A DNA stretch of 64,000 bases from Escherichia coli (GCF_965641715.1 NZ_OZ282453.1), one strand, 5' to 3'. Shown: positions 10,224 to 22,000, counted from the stretch's first letter. The notes: a model not told the origin generated them from the letters alone. Made by a program: numbers and translations.

Positions 10224-10802
10224 TTACGCCTGATTATCCGGCTTTTTCTTCCCGCGTCGTTTCAGCCACCAGCGCACGCCTACCACCAGAACCACGACCA
10301 GAATCAACCAGACCCAGTGCTTCAAATGCTGGTCGAGAGTGTGCAACCACGGCGCAATCACCTGACCACCAGCGTAACCGATAGTGGTAAAAATCAACGC
10401 CCAGGCAAATGCGCCGAGAATATTAAGCGGCAGAAAGATTTTCGGCGGCAGCTGGCTGGCACCAATCAGCGTCGGGCCAATCACCCGAAAGCCATACATA
10501 AAGCGCGTACCAATGACAAACAGATACGGATGGCGTTGGATAAGTTTCTGCGCCCGCTCAATTTTATCCTGATGTTTCGAGAAACGGCGTAACAGCTTGC
10601 CGCCAAACCGCCGCCCGCACAGATAAAGCACCTGGTCGCCAATCATGCCGCCAAGCGCCACAGAAAGTACCACCAGCGGGAACTTTAATAGCCCCTGATG
10701 CGCCGCAACGCCTCCCAGCAAAGTCACGGTTTCACCTTCCGCCAGGCTACCGATCACCAGCGCGGCATAACCATATTGTGAGATGAGTGTATTGAGATCC
10801 AT
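10224..10802 (-). CDS. yohD: DedA-family inner membrane protein YohD
   Basis: translation from MDLNTLISQYGYAALVIGSL matches remembered YohD (192 aa). Confidence 0.9.
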   Translation of the reverse strand: MDLNTLISQYGYAALVIGSLAEGETVTLLGGVAAHQGLLKFPLVVLSVALGGMIGDQVLYLCGRRFGGKLLRRFSKHQDKIERAQKLIQRHPYLFVIGTRFMYGFRVIGPTLIGASQLPPKIFLPLNILGAFAWALIFTTIGYAGGQVIAPWLHTLDQHLKHWVWLILVVVLVVGVRWWLKRRGKKKPDNQA

Positions 10803-10971
10803 AGGCCAGTCTGTCTCCCTTTGGTTGCCTGTAAGCATACACCCTGGAAATCATTCACGCTGAAAAAGGACGTACATCAGACGGTGCAAATTACATGAGC
10901 GAACAAAAAATAATCACAAGCTGACTTATACTTGAACTGTCAGGTTCATGAACTCACAACAAGGGGGCGGT

Positions 10972-11559
10972 ATGAGCCATGTCTGGGGACTGTTTTCCCA
11001 TCCCGATCGTGAAATGCAGGTGATTAATCGCGAAAACGAAACGATTTCTCACCATTACACCCACCACGTTTTGCTGATGGCGGCGATTCCGGTGATTTGC
11101 GCCTTCATTGGCACTACACAGATTGGCTGGAATTTTGGCGATGGCACTATCCTGAAGTTATCCTGGTTTACCGGACTGGCGCTGGCTGTCCTGTTTTATG
11201 GCGTTATGCTCGCTGGGGTCGCGGTGATGGGGCGGGTCATTTGGTGGATGGCGCGTAATTATCCGCAGCGTCCGTCACTTGCGCACTGCATGGTCTTCGC
11301 GGGCTACGTTGCAACTCCGCTGTTTTTAAGCGGTCTGGTGGCGCTTTATCCGCTGGTCTGGTTGTGTGCGCTGGTCGGCACGGTGGCACTGTTTTACACC
11401 GGTTACCTGCTTTACCTTGGTATTCCGAGCTTCCTGAATATCAACAAAGAGGAAGGCCTTAGCTTCTCCAGTTCGACGCTGGCGATTGGCGTGCTGGTAC
11501 TGGAAGTGCTGCTCGCCCTTACCGTTATACTATGGGGCTACGGTTATCGTTTGTTCTAG
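10972..11559 (+). CDS. yohC: inner membrane protein YohC (Yip1 family)
   Basis: translation from MSHVWGLFSHPDRE; polytopic membrane protein. Confidence 0.9.
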   Translation: MSHVWGLFSHPDREMQVINRENETISHHYTHHVLLMAAIPVICAFIGTTQIGWNFGDGTILKLSWFTGLALAVLFYGVMLAGVAVMGRVIWWMARNYPQRPSLAHCMVFAGYVATPLFLSGLVALYPLVWLCALVGTVALFYTGYLLYLGIPSFLNINKEEGLSFSSSTLAIGVLVLEVLLALTVILWGYGYRLF

Positions 11560-11732
11560 AAAGTTCTTTGACGTTGCATTGCTGGCGTAAATGTCAGCAA
11601 TGCAGCATTTCCTCACGATTCTCCTTTGACGATCGCACTTTTTGCTCGTTATGATGGCGTCGCTAGCCTCAGTAAATCCTTACTCCGGCGGTGCGCAACC
11701 CGTGCGCGTGAACCACTATCTGAATGCTCATC

Positions 11733-12665
11733 ATGCCGAAATTTCGAGTTTCTTTATTTAGCCTGGCCCTGATGCTGGCTGTGCCTTTTGCACCGCAGGC
11801 CGTTGCGAAAACGGCAGCCGCTACCACCGCTTCACAACCGGAAATTGCCTCCGGTAGCGCGATGATTGTTGATCTGAATACCAACAAAGTGATCTATTCG
11901 AACCACCCGGATCTGGTGCGTCCGATTGCGTCTATCAGCAAATTAATGACTGCGATGGTCGTGCTGGATGCACGACTGCCGCTGGATGAAAAACTAAAAG
12001 TGGATATCAGCCAGACGCCGGAGATGAAAGGGGTCTATTCGCGCGTACGACTGAATAGCGAAATCAGCCGTAAAGATATGCTGTTGCTGGCGTTGATGTC
12101 TTCAGAAAACCGCGCGGCGGCAAGCCTTGCGCACCATTATCCCGGTGGTTACAAAGCCTTTATTAAGGCGATGAATGCGAAAGCGAAATCACTCGGAATG
12201 AACAATACGCGCTTTGTTGAACCAACCGGATTGTCGGTGCATAACGTTTCAACCGCCCGTGACTTAACCAAACTGCTCATTGCCAGCAAACAATATCCGT
12301 TGATCGGGCAGTTAAGTACTACCCGGGAAGATATGGCAACCTTCTCTAACCCGACGTATACGCTGCCGTTTCGCAATACTAATCATCTGGTGTATCGCGA
12401 TAACTGGAATATTCAGTTAACCAAAACCGGCTTTACCAATGCGGCGGGCCATTGTCTGGTGATGCGTACGGTTATCAATAATAAACCGGTGGCGCTGGTA
12501 GTGATGGATGCGTTTGGCAAATATACCCATTTTGCCGATGCCAGTCGCCTGCGTACCTGGATTGAAACCGGTAAAGTGATGCCTGTTCCGGCAGCAGCGT
12601 TGAGCTATAAAAAACAAAAAGCCGCCCAAATGGCGGCGGCGGGGCAGACGGCACAGAACGATTAA
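11733..12665 (+). CDS. pbpG: D-alanyl-D-alanine endopeptidase PBP7
   Basis: signal peptide, SxxK (SISK), SxN (SSEN), KTG motifs; start at MPKFRVSLF. Confidence 0.93.
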
Positions 12666-12670
12666 GTGAA

Positions 12671-12705
12671 TTACGGATGGCGATACTCTGCCATCCGTAA
12701 TTTTT
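12671..12705. terminator. bidirectional intrinsic terminator between pbpG and dld
   Basis: perfect 11-bp inverted repeat TTACGGATGGC / GCCATCCGTAA followed by TTTTT. Confidence 0.8.
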
Positions 12706-14419
12706 ACTCCACTTCCTGCCAGTTTTTCCGCTTACTGGTTTTACCGATCCCCGGATTCATACTGTTGGTCGGATCGTTCTCGCGATAAAACTTCTGCAAC
12801 GTCTCCGGTGCTTTATACAAATGACCGACGTTATGTTCGGCAGGATATTGCGCGCCACGCTGCTGCAGCAGTTCCAGCATCTGTTCTTTCAACGCATGCA
12901 CATCCACGCCTTTTTTAACGATGTAATCCTGATGGAAGACATAGCACATAAAATGGCCGTAATAGAGCTTGTGCACCAGCTGGCTGTCGATCTCCGGCGG
13001 TAAATGCTCATACCATTCGGTGTCGTTACGCCGCAGAGCGATATCCAGCGCCAGAATGTCTTCGACTTCATCGGAATGCACCGCCTGATAACGAATTGCT
13101 GCGCCCGCAGCGGCGAAACGGTGTAAAAACGCTTTGCTGCCTTCCTCCGGCGTACAGACAAAGAAATCGCCCTCGGCCTGTTTGAAATAATCCACCAGCC
13201 ACGATTTGGCTTCACCAACGCCATCGCCCGCCATTTTTAACAGCAGATGATGCTCGTATTTATCGCGCCAGTTTTTCATGCGCGGCGGTAAATGGCTGGG
13301 GAACAGGTGACCGAATTTTTGCATCGCACGGTCAGTAAAATGCGGACGGAAGAATTTCACTTTCTCCAGCATCGCATCGGTGCGTCCCTTGAGATTAAAG
13401 AAGAACGGCATCTTGTCGGTGCCTAACTTATCAATCATCAGGAAGGTGTCTTTGCCGTATTTTTCCGCAATATCGTAGATATCCCGGTGCATATATTCCC
13501 CGGCAACCGGCAGATTTTCGAAGTTAGCCAGAATATGACGGCGGATTTCGGTCAGCACTTCCGGCTGGTTGGTGCCGATATAAAACACCTGCTGATTTTT
13601 TTCCGCTTCGAAGGTATCAAGACGTACTGCAAAGACGGCCAGCTTCCCGGCGCAACCAGAAGATTCAAATAACCGATCCGGATCGGCGTTATAACGTGCG
13701 GGCGTGTCGGCTTCAATATCACGAACGCGGTGGACATAGTCATAATCGTGGGCGTGACGACCATCGTGACGCACATCGTCATCTTTGATGCGATCGTCAT
13801 CCAGCTTGCTAAGGATCTGCTCCGGCGTTTCGCCCAGATCAATCCCCAGATGGTTAACCAGCGTCAGCTTGCCATCTTCATTTATACGCGCGAATAACGA
13901 CATTTCGGTATACGCCGGGCCACGTTGCACCAGCGAGCCGCCGGAGTTGTTACAAATACCGCCGATAACCGATGCGCCTATACACGATGATCCAATCACC
14001 GAGTGCGGTTCGCGTCCCAGCGGTTTGAGGGCTTTTTCCAGCGAATAGAGCGTGGTGCCCGGATAGGCCAGCACCTGTTCGCCCTTGCCAAGAACGTGCA
14101 GCTTGTCGAGACGCAGGGTGCTGATGATAACGACATCGCGATCATAATCGTTACCGTTTGGCGTCGATCCTTCGGTCAGGCCTGTATTGGCAGCCTGCAT
14201 CAGAATAATTTTGTCGGCGGTGACGCAGGCTTTCAGCACCCGCCACAATTCCAGTAGTGAGCCAGGGAAAACGACAGCCAGCGCGTCGCCCTGACCAGAA
14301 CGGAAGCCCTTGCGATAGCGGGCCGTTTTTGCGGGATCGGTGAGCAGGTGTGAATGACCGACCAGACGGGCAAGTTCATTCAAAAAGGCTTTATTATCAG
14401 TTGTTGTCATGGAAGACAT
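12704..14419 (-). CDS. dld: FAD-dependent D-lactate dehydrogenase
   Basis: translation from MSSMTTTDNKAFLNELARLVG matches remembered Dld (571 aa). Confidence 0.93.
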   Translation of the reverse strand: MSSMTTTDNKAFLNELARLVGHSHLLTDPAKTARYRKGFRSGQGDALAVVFPGSLLELWRVLKACVTADKIILMQAANTGLTEGSTPNGNDYDRDVVIISTLRLDKLHVLGKGEQVLAYPGTTLYSLEKALKPLGREPHSVIGSSCIGASVIGGICNNSGGSLVQRGPAYTEMSLFARINEDGKLTLVNHLGIDLGETPEQILSKLDDDRIKDDDVRHDGRHAHDYDYVHRVRDIEADTPARYNADPDRLFESSGCAGKLAVFAVRLDTFEAEKNQQVFYIGTNQPEVLTEIRRHILANFENLPVAGEYMHRDIYDIAEKYGKDTFLMIDKLGTDKMPFFFNLKGRTDAMLEKVKFFRPHFTDRAMQKFGHLFPSHLPPRMKNWRDKYEHHLLLKMAGDGVGEAKSWLVDYFKQAEGDFFVCTPEEGSKAFLHRFAAAGAAIRYQAVHSDEVEDILALDIALRRNDTEWYEHLPPEIDSQLVHKLYYGHFMCYVFHQDYIVKKGVDVHALKEQMLELLQQRGAQYPAEHNVGHLYKAPETLQKFYRENDPTNSMNPGIGKTSKRKNWQEVE

Positions 14420-14614
14420 TTTCCACTCCTTGTGGTGGCGAAAAAATATCACAAACTAGAATAGCGCCTTGTATGACAATTCAGCGAGTGAATATTTTGA
14501 AAATTCAGACAATAAACTGAGCATTCTTTTTCTCTCTCCATCATGCTTATGGCAAACTAAGGTTTTTGCACCATTTTCGCTGCCACGTCGGGCAACAAAG
14601 GAAGAAAAATCCAT

Positions 14615-16912
14615 ATGAAATGGCTATGTTCAGTAGGAATCGCGGTGAGTCTGGCCCTGCAGCCAGCACTGGCGGATGATTTATTCGGTAACCATCCATT
14701 AACGCCTGAAGCGCGGGATGCGTTCGTCACCGAACTGCTTAAGAAAATGACAGTTGATGAGAAAATTGGTCAGCTGCGCTTAATCAGCGTCGGCCCGGAT
14801 AACCCGAAAGAGGCGATCCGCGAGATGATCAAAGACGGTCAGGTTGGGGCGATTTTCAACACCGTAACCCGTCAGGATATCCGCGCCATGCAGGATCAGG
14901 TGATGGAATTAAGCCGCCTGAAAATTCCTCTTTTCTTTGCTTACGACGTGCTGCACGGTCAGCGCACGGTGTTCCCGATTAGCCTCGGTCTGGCCTCGTC
15001 TTTTAACCTCGATGCAGTGAAAACGGTCGGACGTGTCTCTGCTTATGAAGCGGCAGATGATGGCCTGAATATGACCTGGGCACCGATGGTGGATGTTTCT
15101 CGCGATCCGCGCTGGGGACGTGCTTCCGAAGGTTTTGGCGAAGATACGTATCTCACTTCAATAATGGGTAAAACTATGGTGGAAGCGATGCAGGGTAAAA
15201 GCCCGGCAGATCGCTACTCGGTGATGACCAGCGTCAAACACTTTGCCGCTTACGGCGCGGTAGAAGGCGGTAAAGAATACAACACCGTCGATATGAGTTC
15301 GCAGCGCCTGTTTAATGATTATATGCCGCCGTACAAAGCGGGGCTGGACGCAGGCAGCGGTGCGGTAATGGTGGCGCTGAACTCACTCAACGGCACGCCA
15401 GCCACCTCCGACTCCTGGCTGCTGAAAGATGTTCTGCGCGACCAGTGGGGCTTTAAAGGCATCACCGTTTCCGATCATGGTGCAATCAAAGAGTTGATTA
15501 AACATGGCACGGCGGCAGACCCGGAAGATGCGGTGCGCGTGGCGCTGAAATCCGGCATCAACATGAGTATGAGCGACGAGTATTACTCGAAATATCTGCC
15601 TGGGTTGATCAAGTCCGGCAAAGTGACGATGGCAGAGCTGGACGACGCTGCCCGCCATGTACTGAACGTTAAATATGATATGGGGTTGTTTAACGACCCA
15701 TACAGCCATTTGGGGCCGAAAGAGTCTGACCCGGTGGATACCAATGCCGAAAGCCGCCTGCACCGTAAAGAAGCGCGTGAAGTGGCGCGTGAAAGCCTGG
15801 TGTTGCTGAAAAACCGTCTCGAAACGTTACCGCTGAAAAAATCGGCCACCATTGCGGTGGTTGGGCCACTGGCGGACAGTAAACGTGACGTGATGGGCAG
15901 CTGGTCCGCAGCCGGTGTTGCCGATCAATCCGTGACCGTGCTGACCGGGATTAAAAATGCCGTCGGTGAAAACGGTAAAGTGCTGTATGCCAAAGGGGCG
16001 AACGTTACCAGTGACAAAGGCATTATCGATTTCCTGAATCAGTATGAAGAAGCGGTCAAAGTCGATCCGCGTTCGCCGCAAGAGATGATTGATGAAGCGG
16101 TGCAGACGGCGAAACAATCTGATGTGGTGGTGGCTGTAGTCGGTGAAGCACAGGGGATGGCGCACGAGGCCTCCAGCCGTACCGATATTACTATTCCGCA
16201 AAGCCAACGTGACTTGATTGCGGCGCTGAAAGCCACCGGTAAACCGCTGGTGCTGGTGCTGATGAACGGGCGTCCGCTGGCGCTGGTGAAAGAAGATCAG
16301 CAGGCTGATGCGATTCTGGAAACCTGGTTTGCGGGGACTGAAGGCGGTAATGCAATTGCCGATGTGTTGTTTGGCGATTACAACCCGTCCGGCAAGCTGC
16401 CGATGTCCTTCCCGCGTTCTGTCGGGCAGATCCCGGTGTACTACAGCCATCTGAACACCGGTCGTCCGTATAATGCCGACAAGCCGAACAAATACACTTC
16501 GCGTTATTTTGATGAAGCTAACGGGGCGCTTTATCCGTTCGGCTATGGTCTGAGCTATACCACTTTCACCGTCTCTGATGTGAAACTTTCTGCGCCGACC
16601 ATGAAGCGTGACGGCAAAGTGACCGCCAGCGTGCAGGTGACGAACACCGGTAAGCGCGAGGGGGCCACGGTAGTCCAGATGTACTTGCAGGATGTGACGG
16701 CTTCCATGAGTCGTCCGGTGAAACAGCTGAAAGGCTTTGAGAAAATCACCCTGAAACCGGGCGAAACTCAGACCGTCAGCTTCCCGATTGATATCGAGGC
16801 GCTGAAGTTCTGGAATCAACAGATGAAATATGACGCCGAGCCTGGCAAGTTCAATGTCTTTATCGGCACTGATTCCGCACGCGTTAAGAAAGGCGAGTTT
16901 GAGTTGCTGTAA
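14615..16912 (+). CDS. bglX: periplasmic beta-glucosidase (GH3)
   Basis: 765 aa with signal peptide; GH3 motifs. Confidence 0.93.
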   Translation: MKWLCSVGIAVSLALQPALADDLFGNHPLTPEARDAFVTELLKKMTVDEKIGQLRLISVGPDNPKEAIREMIKDGQVGAIFNTVTRQDIRAMQDQVMELSRLKIPLFFAYDVLHGQRTVFPISLGLASSFNLDAVKTVGRVSAYEAADDGLNMTWAPMVDVSRDPRWGRASEGFGEDTYLTSIMGKTMVEAMQGKSPADRYSVMTSVKHFAAYGAVEGGKEYNTVDMSSQRLFNDYMPPYKAGLDAGSGAVMVALNSLNGTPATSDSWLLKDVLRDQWGFKGITVSDHGAIKELIKHGTAADPEDAVRVALKSGINMSMSDEYYSKYLPGLIKSGKVTMAELDDAARHVLNVKYDMGLFNDPYSHLGPKESDPVDTNAESRLHRKEAREVARESLVLLKNRLETLPLKKSATIAVVGPLADSKRDVMGSWSAAGVADQSVTVLTGIKNAVGENGKVLYAKGANVTSDKGIIDFLNQYEEAVKVDPRSPQEMIDEAVQTAKQSDVVVAVVGEAQGMAHEASSRTDITIPQSQRDLIAALKATGKPLVLVLMNGRPLALVKEDQQADAILETWFAGTEGGNAIADVLFGDYNPSGKLPMSFPRSVGQIPVYYSHLNTGRPYNADKPNKYTSRYFDEANGALYPFGYGLSYTTFTVSDVKLSAPTMKRDGKVTASVQVTNTGKREGATVVQMYLQDVTASMSRPVKQLKGFEKITLKPGETQTVSFPIDIEALKFWNQQMKYDAEPGKFNVFIGTDSARVKKGEFELL

Positions 16913-16986
16913 TGCTTTAGTAAGGGCGTGACATTTGCGCCCTTTGCCTGATGTTCATATCTTAACTTGCTGAATTTTCGCCCTTT

Positions 16987-17021
16987 GTAGGCCGGATAAG
17001 GCGCTCGCGCCGCATCCGGCA
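16987..17021. repeat. REP element (GTAGGCCGGATAAGGCGCTCGCGCCGCATCCGGCA)
   Basis: canonical REP palindrome downstream of bglX. Confidence 0.75.
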
Positions 17022-17163
17022 GGAAACGCCGGACCGAATATGCCTCTTAAGTATTTATCTGATTCTGCAATTGAATCCGTCCGCTCAGGCTAACCCTGTC
17101 ATTATCAACTATGCTTTTCTCTTAATTCGCTGAAAACAACAGTAAAAGAATGAGGAAAGCATC

Positions 17164-18081
17164 ATGCCACTCTCAAAGGTCTGGGCAGGTTCACTGGTTT
17201 TGTTGGCAGCCGTGAGCCTGCCGCTGCACGCGGCTTCCCCCGTTAAAGTCGGTTCAAAAATCGATACCGAAGGCGCGCTGCTCGGCAATATCATTTTGCA
17301 AGTACTCGAAAGCCACGGAGTACCAACGGTCAATAAAGTGCAACTTGGAACGACTCCTGTGGTGCGCGGGGCGATTACTTCCGGTGAACTGGATATCTAT
17401 CCGGAATATACCGGCAATGGCGCGTTTTTCTTTAAAGATGAAAACGATGCAGCGTGGAAAAACGCGCAGCAAGGTTACGAGAAAGTCAAAAAACTCGATG
17501 CAGAGCAAAACAAGTTAATCTGGCTGACGCCCGCACCTGCAAATAACACCTGGACCATCGCCGTGCGTCAGGATGTGGCAGAGAAAAACAAACTCACTTC
17601 GCTTGCTGACCTGAGTCGTTATCTGAAAGAGGGCGGCACCTTCAAACTGGCAGCCTCGGCAGAGTTTATCGAACGCGCCGATGCCTTACCCGCGTTTGAA
17701 AAAGCCTACGACTTTAAACTCGATCAGGATCAGTTACTGTCACTGGCTGGCGGCGACACGGCGGTAACGATTAAAGCCGCTGCCCAACAAACTTCTGGCG
17801 TTAATGCCGCAATGGCTTACGGCACTGACGGTCCGGTCGCGGCGCTGGGGCTGCAAACCTTAAGCGATCCGCAAGGCGTGCAACCTATCTACGCGCCTGC
17901 ACCAGTGGTGCGTGAATCGGTGTTGAAGGAGTATCCGCAAATGGCACAGTGGCTACAGCCAGTCTTCGCCAGCCTCGATGAAAAAACATTGCAGCAACTG
18001 AATGCCAGCATTGCAGTGGAAGGACTGGATGCCAAAAAAGTGGCTGCCGACTACCTGAAACAAAAAGGGTGGACGAAGTAA
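17164..18081 (+). CDS. osmF: periplasmic osmoprotectant-binding protein
   Basis: 305 aa with signal peptide; first gene of a four-gene ABC transporter operon. Confidence 0.9.
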   Translation: MPLSKVWAGSLVLLAAVSLPLHAASPVKVGSKIDTEGALLGNIILQVLESHGVPTVNKVQLGTTPVVRGAITSGELDIYPEYTGNGAFFFKDENDAAWKNAQQGYEKVKKLDAEQNKLIWLTPAPANNTWTIAVRQDVAEKNKLTSLADLSRYLKEGGTFKLAASAEFIERADALPAFEKAYDFKLDQDQLLSLAGGDTAVTIKAAAQQTSGVNAAMAYGTDGPVAALGLQTLSDPQGVQPIYAPAPVVRESVLKEYPQMAQWLQPVFASLDEKTLQQLNASIAVEGLDAKKVAADYLKQKGWTK

Positions 18082-18087
18082 TTTCCC

Positions 18088-19245
18088 GTGACTTATCTAC
18101 GTATTAATCCTGTTCTGGCGCTGCTGCTGTTGCTGACGGCAATCGCAGCGGCGCTGCCGTTTATCAGTTACGCGCCTAATCGTTTAGTCTCGGGTGAAGG
18201 GCGTCATCTCTGGCAACTGTGGCCGCAAACGATCTGGATGCTGGTGGGCGTTGGTTGCGCCTGGCTGACAGCCTGTTTTATTCCCGCTAAAAAAGGCAGC
18301 ATTTTTGCACTCATTCTGGCGCAATTCGTCTTCGTATTGCTGGTGTGGGGAGCTGGAAAGGCGGCGACCCAACTGGCGCAAAATGGCAGTGCGCTGGCGC
18401 GTACCAGCCTCGGCAGTGGTTTCTGGCTGGCTGCGGCGCTGGCATTGCTGGCCTGTAGCGATGCCATCCGCCGAATCTCCACGCATCCGCTGTGGCGCTG
18501 GTTGTTGCATATGCAGATTGCCATTATTCCGCTGTGGTTGCTGTACTCCGGCACGCTTAACGATCTCTCACTAATGAAAGAATACGCCAACCGTCAGGAT
18601 GTGTTTGACGACGCGCTGGCACAACATCTGACGTTGCTGTTTGGTGCGGTGCTGCCTGCGTTAGTGATTGGTGTGCCGTTGGGCATCTGGTGCTACTTTT
18701 CCACCGCGCGGCAGGGGGCGATTTTTTCTCTGCTCAATGTCATTCAGACCGTGCCTTCGGTGGCGCTCTTTGGCCTGCTGATTGCGCCGCTTGCCGGACT
18801 GGTTACGGCCTTTCCGTGGCTGGGGAAGCTTGGCATAGCAGGAACCGGAATGACACCCGCACTGATTGCGCTGGTGCTCTATGCCTTGCTGCCGCTGGTG
18901 CGCGGCGTGGTAGTCGGCTTGAACCAGATCCCGCGCGATGTGCTGGAGAGCGCCAGAGCGATGGGCATGAGCGGGGCGCAGCGATTCCTGCATGTTCAGT
19001 TACCGCTGGCGTTACCGGTATTTCTGCGCAGCCTGCGGGTGGTGATGGTGCAAACTGTAGGCATGGCGGTGATTGCGGCGTTAATCGGCGCAGGCGGTTT
19101 TGGTGCGCTGGTTTTCCAGGGGTTGCTAAGCAGCGCCATTGATTTAGTGTTGCTGGGGGTGATCCCGGTAATTGTTCTGGCGGTGCTGATCGATGCGCTG
19201 TTCGATTTACTTATCGCACTGTTGAAGGTGAAACGTAATGATTGA
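18088..19245 (+). CDS. yehY: ABC transporter permease
   Basis: 385 aa, GTG start, polytopic permease. Confidence 0.88.
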   Translation: MTYLRINPVLALLLLLTAIAAALPFISYAPNRLVSGEGRHLWQLWPQTIWMLVGVGCAWLTACFIPAKKGSIFALILAQFVFVLLVWGAGKAATQLAQNGSALARTSLGSGFWLAAALALLACSDAIRRISTHPLWRWLLHMQIAIIPLWLLYSGTLNDLSLMKEYANRQDVFDDALAQHLTLLFGAVLPALVIGVPLGIWCYFSTARQGAIFSLLNVIQTVPSVALFGLLIAPLAGLVTAFPWLGKLGIAGTGMTPALIALVLYALLPLVRGVVVGLNQIPRDVLESARAMGMSGAQRFLHVQLPLALPVFLRSLRVVMVQTVGMAVIAALIGAGGFGALVFQGLLSSAIDLVLLGVIPVIVLAVLIDALFDLLIALLKVKRND

Positions 19246-20164
19246 ATTTAGCCATGTCAGCAAACTGTTCGGCACACAAAAAGCCGTTAACGATCTCAAT
19301 CTCAATTTTCAGGAAGGGAGTTTTTCGGTGCTGATTGGCACATCTGGCTCCGGCAAATCCACCACCCTGAAAATGATTAACCGCCTGGTGGAACATGACA
19401 GCGGAGAGATCCGCTTTGCCGGAGAAGAAATTCGCTCGCTGCCAGTACTGGAGTTGCGCCGCCGTATGGGCTATGCCATTCAATCTATTGGCCTGTTTCC
19501 CCACTGGAGCGTGGCACAAAACATTGCCACCGTGCCGCAATTACAAAAATGGTCGCGGGCGAGGATTGACGATCGTATCGACGAATTAATGGCGCTACTG
19601 GGGCTGGAGTCAAATTTACGTGAGCGTTATCCACATCAGCTTTCCGGTGGTCAGCAGCAACGTGTGGGAGTGGCGCGCGCACTGGCTGCCGATCCGCAAG
19701 TCTTACTGATGGATGAACCTTTTGGCGCACTGGACCCGGTAACGCGCGGCGCGTTGCAACAAGAGATGACGCGCATTCACCGTTTGCTGGGGCGTACCAT
19801 TGTGCTGGTCACTCATGATATTGATGAGGCGCTACGGCTGGCAGAACATCTGGTATTGATGGATCACGGTGAAGTGGTGCAGCAGGGGAATCCGCTGACG
19901 ATGCTGACTCGTCCGGCGAATGATTTTGTCCGCCAGTTTTTTGGACGTAGTGAACTGGGTGTGCGCCTGCTTTCGTTACGTAGTGTGGCGGATTACGTGC
20001 GTCGCGAAGAACGAGCAGAAGGTGAGGCACTGGCAGAAGAGATGACGCTACGCGATGCGCTCTCTCTGTTTGTCGCGCGGGGATGCGAGGTGCTGCCGGT
20101 GGTGAACACGCAGGGGCAGCCTTGCGGCACGCTGCATTTTCAGGATCTGCTGGAGGAGGCGTAA
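19238..20164 (+). CDS. yehX: ABC transporter ATPase with C-terminal CBS-like extension
   Basis: Walker [13 protein letters not shown] signature LSGGQQQRV, Walker B LLMDEP; 8-nt overlap with yehY. Confidence 0.9.
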   Translation: MIEFSHVSKLFGTQKAVNDLNLNFQEGSFSVLIGTSGSGKSTTLKMINRLVEHDSGEIRFAGEEIRSLPVLELRRRMGYAIQSIGLFPHWSVAQNIATVPQLQKWSRARIDDRIDELMALLGLESNLRERYPHQLSGGQQQRVGVARALAADPQVLLMDEPFGALDPVTRGALQQEMTRIHRLLGRTIVLVTHDIDEALRLAEHLVLMDHGEVVQQGNPLTMLTRPANDFVRQFFGRSELGVRLLSLRSVADYVRREERAEGEALAEEMTLRDALSLFVARGCEVLPVVNTQGQPCGTLHFQDLLEEA

Positions 20165-20168
20165 GCGT

Positions 20169-20900
20169 ATGAAGATGTTGCGCGATCCGCTGTTCTGGCT
20201 CATTGCTTTGTTTGTGGCACTGATTTTCTGGCTGCCTTACAGCCAGCCGCTGTTTGCTGCCTTGTTCCCACAACTGCCACGACCCGTTTATCAGCAAGAA
20301 AGTTTTGCAGCTCTGGCACTGGCTCATTTCTGGCTGGTGGGAATTTCGAGTTTGTTTGCGGTGATCATTGGTACTGGTGCCGGAATTGCTGTCACTCGCC
20401 CGTGGGGCGCGGAATTTCGCCCACTGGTGGAAACTATTGCCGCCGTTGGACAGACTTTTCCGCCCGTCGCAGTGCTGGCGATCGCCGTTCCGGTGATCGG
20501 GTTTGGTCTGCAACCAGCGATTATCGCCTTGATCCTTTACGGTGTGCTGCCCGTCCTGCAGGCGACACTTGCCGGGCTGGGAGCGATTGATGCCAGCGTG
20601 ACAGAAGTTGCGAAGGGTATGGGAATGAGTCGTGGTCAGCGACTGCGTAAGGTCGAGCTACCGCTGGCGGCTCCGGTGATTCTGGCGGGCGTGCGAACTT
20701 CGGTGATTATCAACATTGGTACGGCGACGATCGCCTCAACGGTAGGGGCCAGCACGCTGGGTACGCCCATCATCATCGGGCTTAGCGGATTTAATACCGC
20801 GTATGTGATCCAGGGGGCGTTACTGGTGGCACTGGCGGCGATCATCGCAGACCGCCTGTTTGAAAGGCTGGTGCAGGCGCTTAGCCAGCACGCAAAATAA
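20169..20900 (+). CDS. yehW: ABC transporter permease
   Basis: 243 aa polytopic permease, 4 nt after the yehX stop. Confidence 0.9.
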
Positions 20901-20988
20901 AGGTATAACCTGCGAGCATGACGCCACCAATTCCGCCTAACGCCATAAACAGGAACAGGGCGATGACCCCAATTTTAGCTATGCGCAT
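20881..20988 (-). CDS. yohO: small membrane protein YohO (35 aa)
   Basis: minus-strand ORF translating to [35 protein letters not shown], verified codon by codon; AAGGAG RBS 6 nt upstream; 3' end overlaps the yehW 3' end by 20 nt; not in the ORF track. Confidence 0.7.
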
Positions 20989-21047
20989 AATGCACTCCTT
21001 ATGTTAACGAAAGGATTGTACAGTAAAGCGCATTTGTTAACGAATCA

Positions 21048-21779
21048 TTAAATGCCGAGTGGGAAAATATCATAGCCTTGTTCTTGCCAACTGGTGAGTT
21101 GCTGTTGTTGGGCGGAGGTTCGATTTTCACCGCACCACACCAGCAATGTACGGCCTTCGAACAGTTCAGGGCGTAGTTGATTGAGCGAGTGGGCGAGGAC
21201 ATCAATGCGCCATCCTTGTTGACTGGCAATCCAGCCCTCCAGCCACAGACGGGTGGTATCGTGAATATTCCAGCCAACCACCAGCGCATCTTTACCCTGT
21301 TTTTTACGTGCCGAAGCCAGACAGATGGCGATGTAGTTGATCAGTACGCCGTCGAGGATCGCCAGCAGCGCCTGGAGAGTCGGTTGTTGGCACTGAAGCC
21401 GTCGACGCAGAGGAATAAACAAATGCGTGGTGAGCGTCTGGGCGGGGTAATCCTGACCGCGCTCTTTGATCCACGTTCGCAGGCTATGCAGATTGCCGCT
21501 TTGCAAGTAAGTCAGTAATGTTTCTTGCTGATCGCGCCAGCCGTTCTGCACATCAACATTTTCATTACTGAGCAGCATTTTAACTTTGCTGACCTGCACG
21601 CCGTTGTCGATCCAGCGTTTGATCTCGCGGATCCGGTCAATATCGGCATCGTTGAACAGCCGATGACCGCCGTCTGTCCGTTGCGGTTTCAGCAATCCGT
21701 AACGCCTCTGCCACGCGCGTAACGTGACAGGGTTAATATCACAAAGCAACGCCACTTCACCAATTGTGTAAAGCGCCAT
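21048..21779 (-). CDS. mlrA: MerR-family transcriptional regulator MlrA
   Basis: 243 aa; N-terminal MerR HTH (YTIGEVALLCDINPVTLRAWQRRYGLL). Confidence 0.9.
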   Translation of the reverse strand: MALYTIGEVALLCDINPVTLRAWQRRYGLLKPQRTDGGHRLFNDADIDRIREIKRWIDNGVQVSKVKMLLSNENVDVQNGWRDQQETLLTYLQSGNLHSLRTWIKERGQDYPAQTLTTHLFIPLRRRLQCQQPTLQALLAILDGVLINYIAICLASARKKQGKDALVVGWNIHDTTRLWLEGWIASQQGWRIDVLAHSLNQLRPELFEGRTLLVWCGENRTSAQQQQLTSWQEQGYDIFPLGI

Positions 21780-22000
21780 CGTCTCACCCTTGCTCGCGAG
21801 GTCCCGGTTTAACTTTAGACGCAGTTTTGCGAACCAGGTAGTTTTACCCGTTTTTTGTGCATCTATAGGGTGATTTTATTTTTGCCAGGCGATTTTGAGT
21901 GATCGTACTCACGAATTCTCATTTTTCTGCAAGAGTTCAAAGAAAGTTAAACGCAGGCAATGTATGTTACGCGTTTTAAAGGGAAGTGTGGTTTGCGGGT

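Noticed and set aside
15827-16819. 330-aa minus-strand ORF inside bglX
   Set aside because: Antisense shadow of the GH3 beta-glucosidase; His/Arg-rich translation without motifs or RBS context
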